Shown: one piece after another, positions 62,918 to 64,000 of the stretch
How the letters are laid out: the number at the start of each line of letters is the position of its first letter
Numbering within the stretch: position 1 is the stretch's first letter
Source of the DNA: Deltaproteobacteria bacterium
Lineage (GTDB): Bacteria > Myxococcota > Kuafuiibacteriia > Kuafuiibacteriales > Kuafuiibacteriaceae
Reading direction: 5' to 3'
Length of the DNA stretch: 64,000 nucleotides
Assembly (NCBI GenBank): GCA_040218735.1
Contig: JAVJQW010000011.1
Coordinates: 456,426 to 520,425, forward strand
The notes under the pieces: model-generated
The model's input: the letters and a program-made list of their open reading frames with translations, nothing else
What the model was told of the DNA's origin: nothing
Database searches by the model: none
Position numbers and translations under genes: made by a program

Positions 62918-63556
62918 ATGACGCTTCGTCTCGGGGACCAAGTCCCGAACTTCACCCAAGCCAGCACCCAAGGACCGATCGACTTCTACGAGTACCTCGG
63001 CGATTCGTGGGGCGTCCTGTTCTCCCACCCCAAGGACTTCACGCCGGTGTGCACCACCGAGCTGGGTCGTGTCGCGAAGCTCCTGCCCGAGTTCGAGAAG
63101 CGCAACACGAAGGTCATCGCGCTCAGCGTGGACCCGGTCGATGACCACAACAAGTGGATCGTCGACATCAACGAAACCCAGAACACCGAGGTCACGTACC
63201 CGATCCTCGCCGACGCGGACCGCAAGGTCTCGGACCTCTACGACATGGTCCACCCGAACGCGAACAACACGCTCACGGTGCGCTCCGTGTTCATCGTCGA
63301 CCCGAACAAGAAGCTCCGCCTGACGCTCACCTACCCGGCGTCGACCGGCCGCAACTTCGACGAGCTGCTCCGGGTCATCGACTCACTCCAACTCACCGAG
63401 TACCACTCCGTCGCGACACCCGCGGACTGGAAGACCGGGGAGAAGGTCGTAATCGCGCCGTCGATTCAGGACGAGGCCGAGCTGAAAGAGAAGTTCCCGC
63501 AGGGGTACGAGGTCGTTCGACCGTACCTCCGCCTCACCACCCCGCCGAAGTCGTAG
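62918..63556 (+). CDS. 1-Cys peroxiredoxin (Prx6 family)
   Basis: FSHPKDFTPVCTTELG, TVRSVF, YPASTGRNFDE, ATPADW; GAGGA ribosome-binding site. Confidence 0.96.
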   Translation: MTLRLGDQVPNFTQASTQGPIDFYEYLGDSWGVLFSHPKDFTPVCTTELGRVAKLLPEFEKRNTKVIALSVDPVDDHNKWIVDINETQNTEVTYPILADADRKVSDLYDMVHPNANNTLTVRSVFIVDPNKKLRLTLTYPASTGRNFDELLRVIDSLQLTEYHSVATPADWKTGEKVVIAPSIQDEAELKEKFPQGYEVVRPYLRLTTPPKS

Positions 63557-63565
63557 CCGGACCGC

Positions 63566-63584
63566 TACGGCCCAGGAGGCCGTA
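63566..63584 (+). terminator. Hairpin just after the peroxiredoxin stop (possible terminator without a U tract)
   Basis: TACGGCC-CAGGA-GGCCGTA, a perfect 7-bp stem starting 10 nt after the stop. Confidence 0.4.
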
Positions 63585-63797
63585 TCAGATAGCCGGGGTG
63601 GGAGTGCCCAGGATCGGCTTCGCTTTCGGCGACGGCCGGGGACCTCCCCTCCGGTCAGAAGCCGTTCGTCTCGCCGGGTGTGGCCCCTCGGCTTCGCTGA
63701 TGGCCGCGGTGGGCGAGCCGAACTGATTCCCTACGGAGAGGTCCCCGCCCGCCGCCATCGCTCCGCTTCTCGAGTTGCCGCTCGCCAGCGATCTGAT
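63584..63797. repeat. Long imperfect palindrome (REP/MITE-like element or structured RNA)
   Basis: Nested complementary arms: ATCAGAT/ATCTGAT, GGGGACCTC/GAGGTCCCC, GTTCGTCTCGCC/GGCGAGCCGAAC, GTGGCC/GGCCGC. Confidence 0.7.
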
Positions 63798-64000
63798 GAG
63801 TGGTGTGACCCGTGGAGCTTCGACCCAACGCCCCGCCAATGCGACGCGCTGCCCAGGCGCCCACTCCGCTCCGACATCGGGCGCGGCGACCTCGGTTCGG
63901 CTTGCCGGGCGACCGTCCGGCGCGGGGATCGCGTTGCGACGCTCGGCAGTACCTGGGTGCATCGGCGTGGCGGTCCGGCTGTCGGAATCGCCGCGCCCGA

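Noticed and set aside
63584-63797. SRP RNA, 6S RNA or group II intron end
   Set aside because: No SRP domain IV motif, no recognisable 6S conserved bubble motifs and no domain V consensus on either strand; 6S cannot be fully excluded without Infernal.
63790-63840. CTGATGAG as a hammerhead ribozyme core
   Set aside because: No stem II followed by GAAA downstream; the motif is part of the palindrome arm.

Overview
A very GC-rich, gene-dense bacterial chromosomal segment with a Myxococcota-like gene content: many lipoproteins with Cys-rich or D[AG]G linkers, PEGA proteins, a Hanks-type kinase with an FHA regulator, Myxococcus Cys-rich repeats and vWA/ASH lipoproteins. About 46 credible CDS are present; most other ORFs in the track are antisense or off-frame shadows. 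I saw no rRNA, tRNA, CRISPR array, integrase or transposase. The best candidate for an undescribed system is an 845-aa fusion of an adenosine-deaminase-like domain, a SLOG/LOG-like domain and a Nudix domain (17286-19823), lying next to an AAG/MPG-type glycosylase gene. Other highlights are a protease resembling the eukaryotic actin maturation protease ACTMAP, a collagen-like fibre with 233 uninterrupted Gly-X-Y triplets and a small partner lipoprotein, a tandem pair of unknown membrane-anchored paralogues (one with an inserted LysM), an internally duplicated beta-helix protein paired with a diheme cytochrome, an AKR-kinase-HAD fusion, a ~215-nt rod-like palindrome with GCGNAGC mini-hairpins, and a recurring leaderless-promoter pattern. 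All family assignments come from motif recognition by eye; no searches were run.
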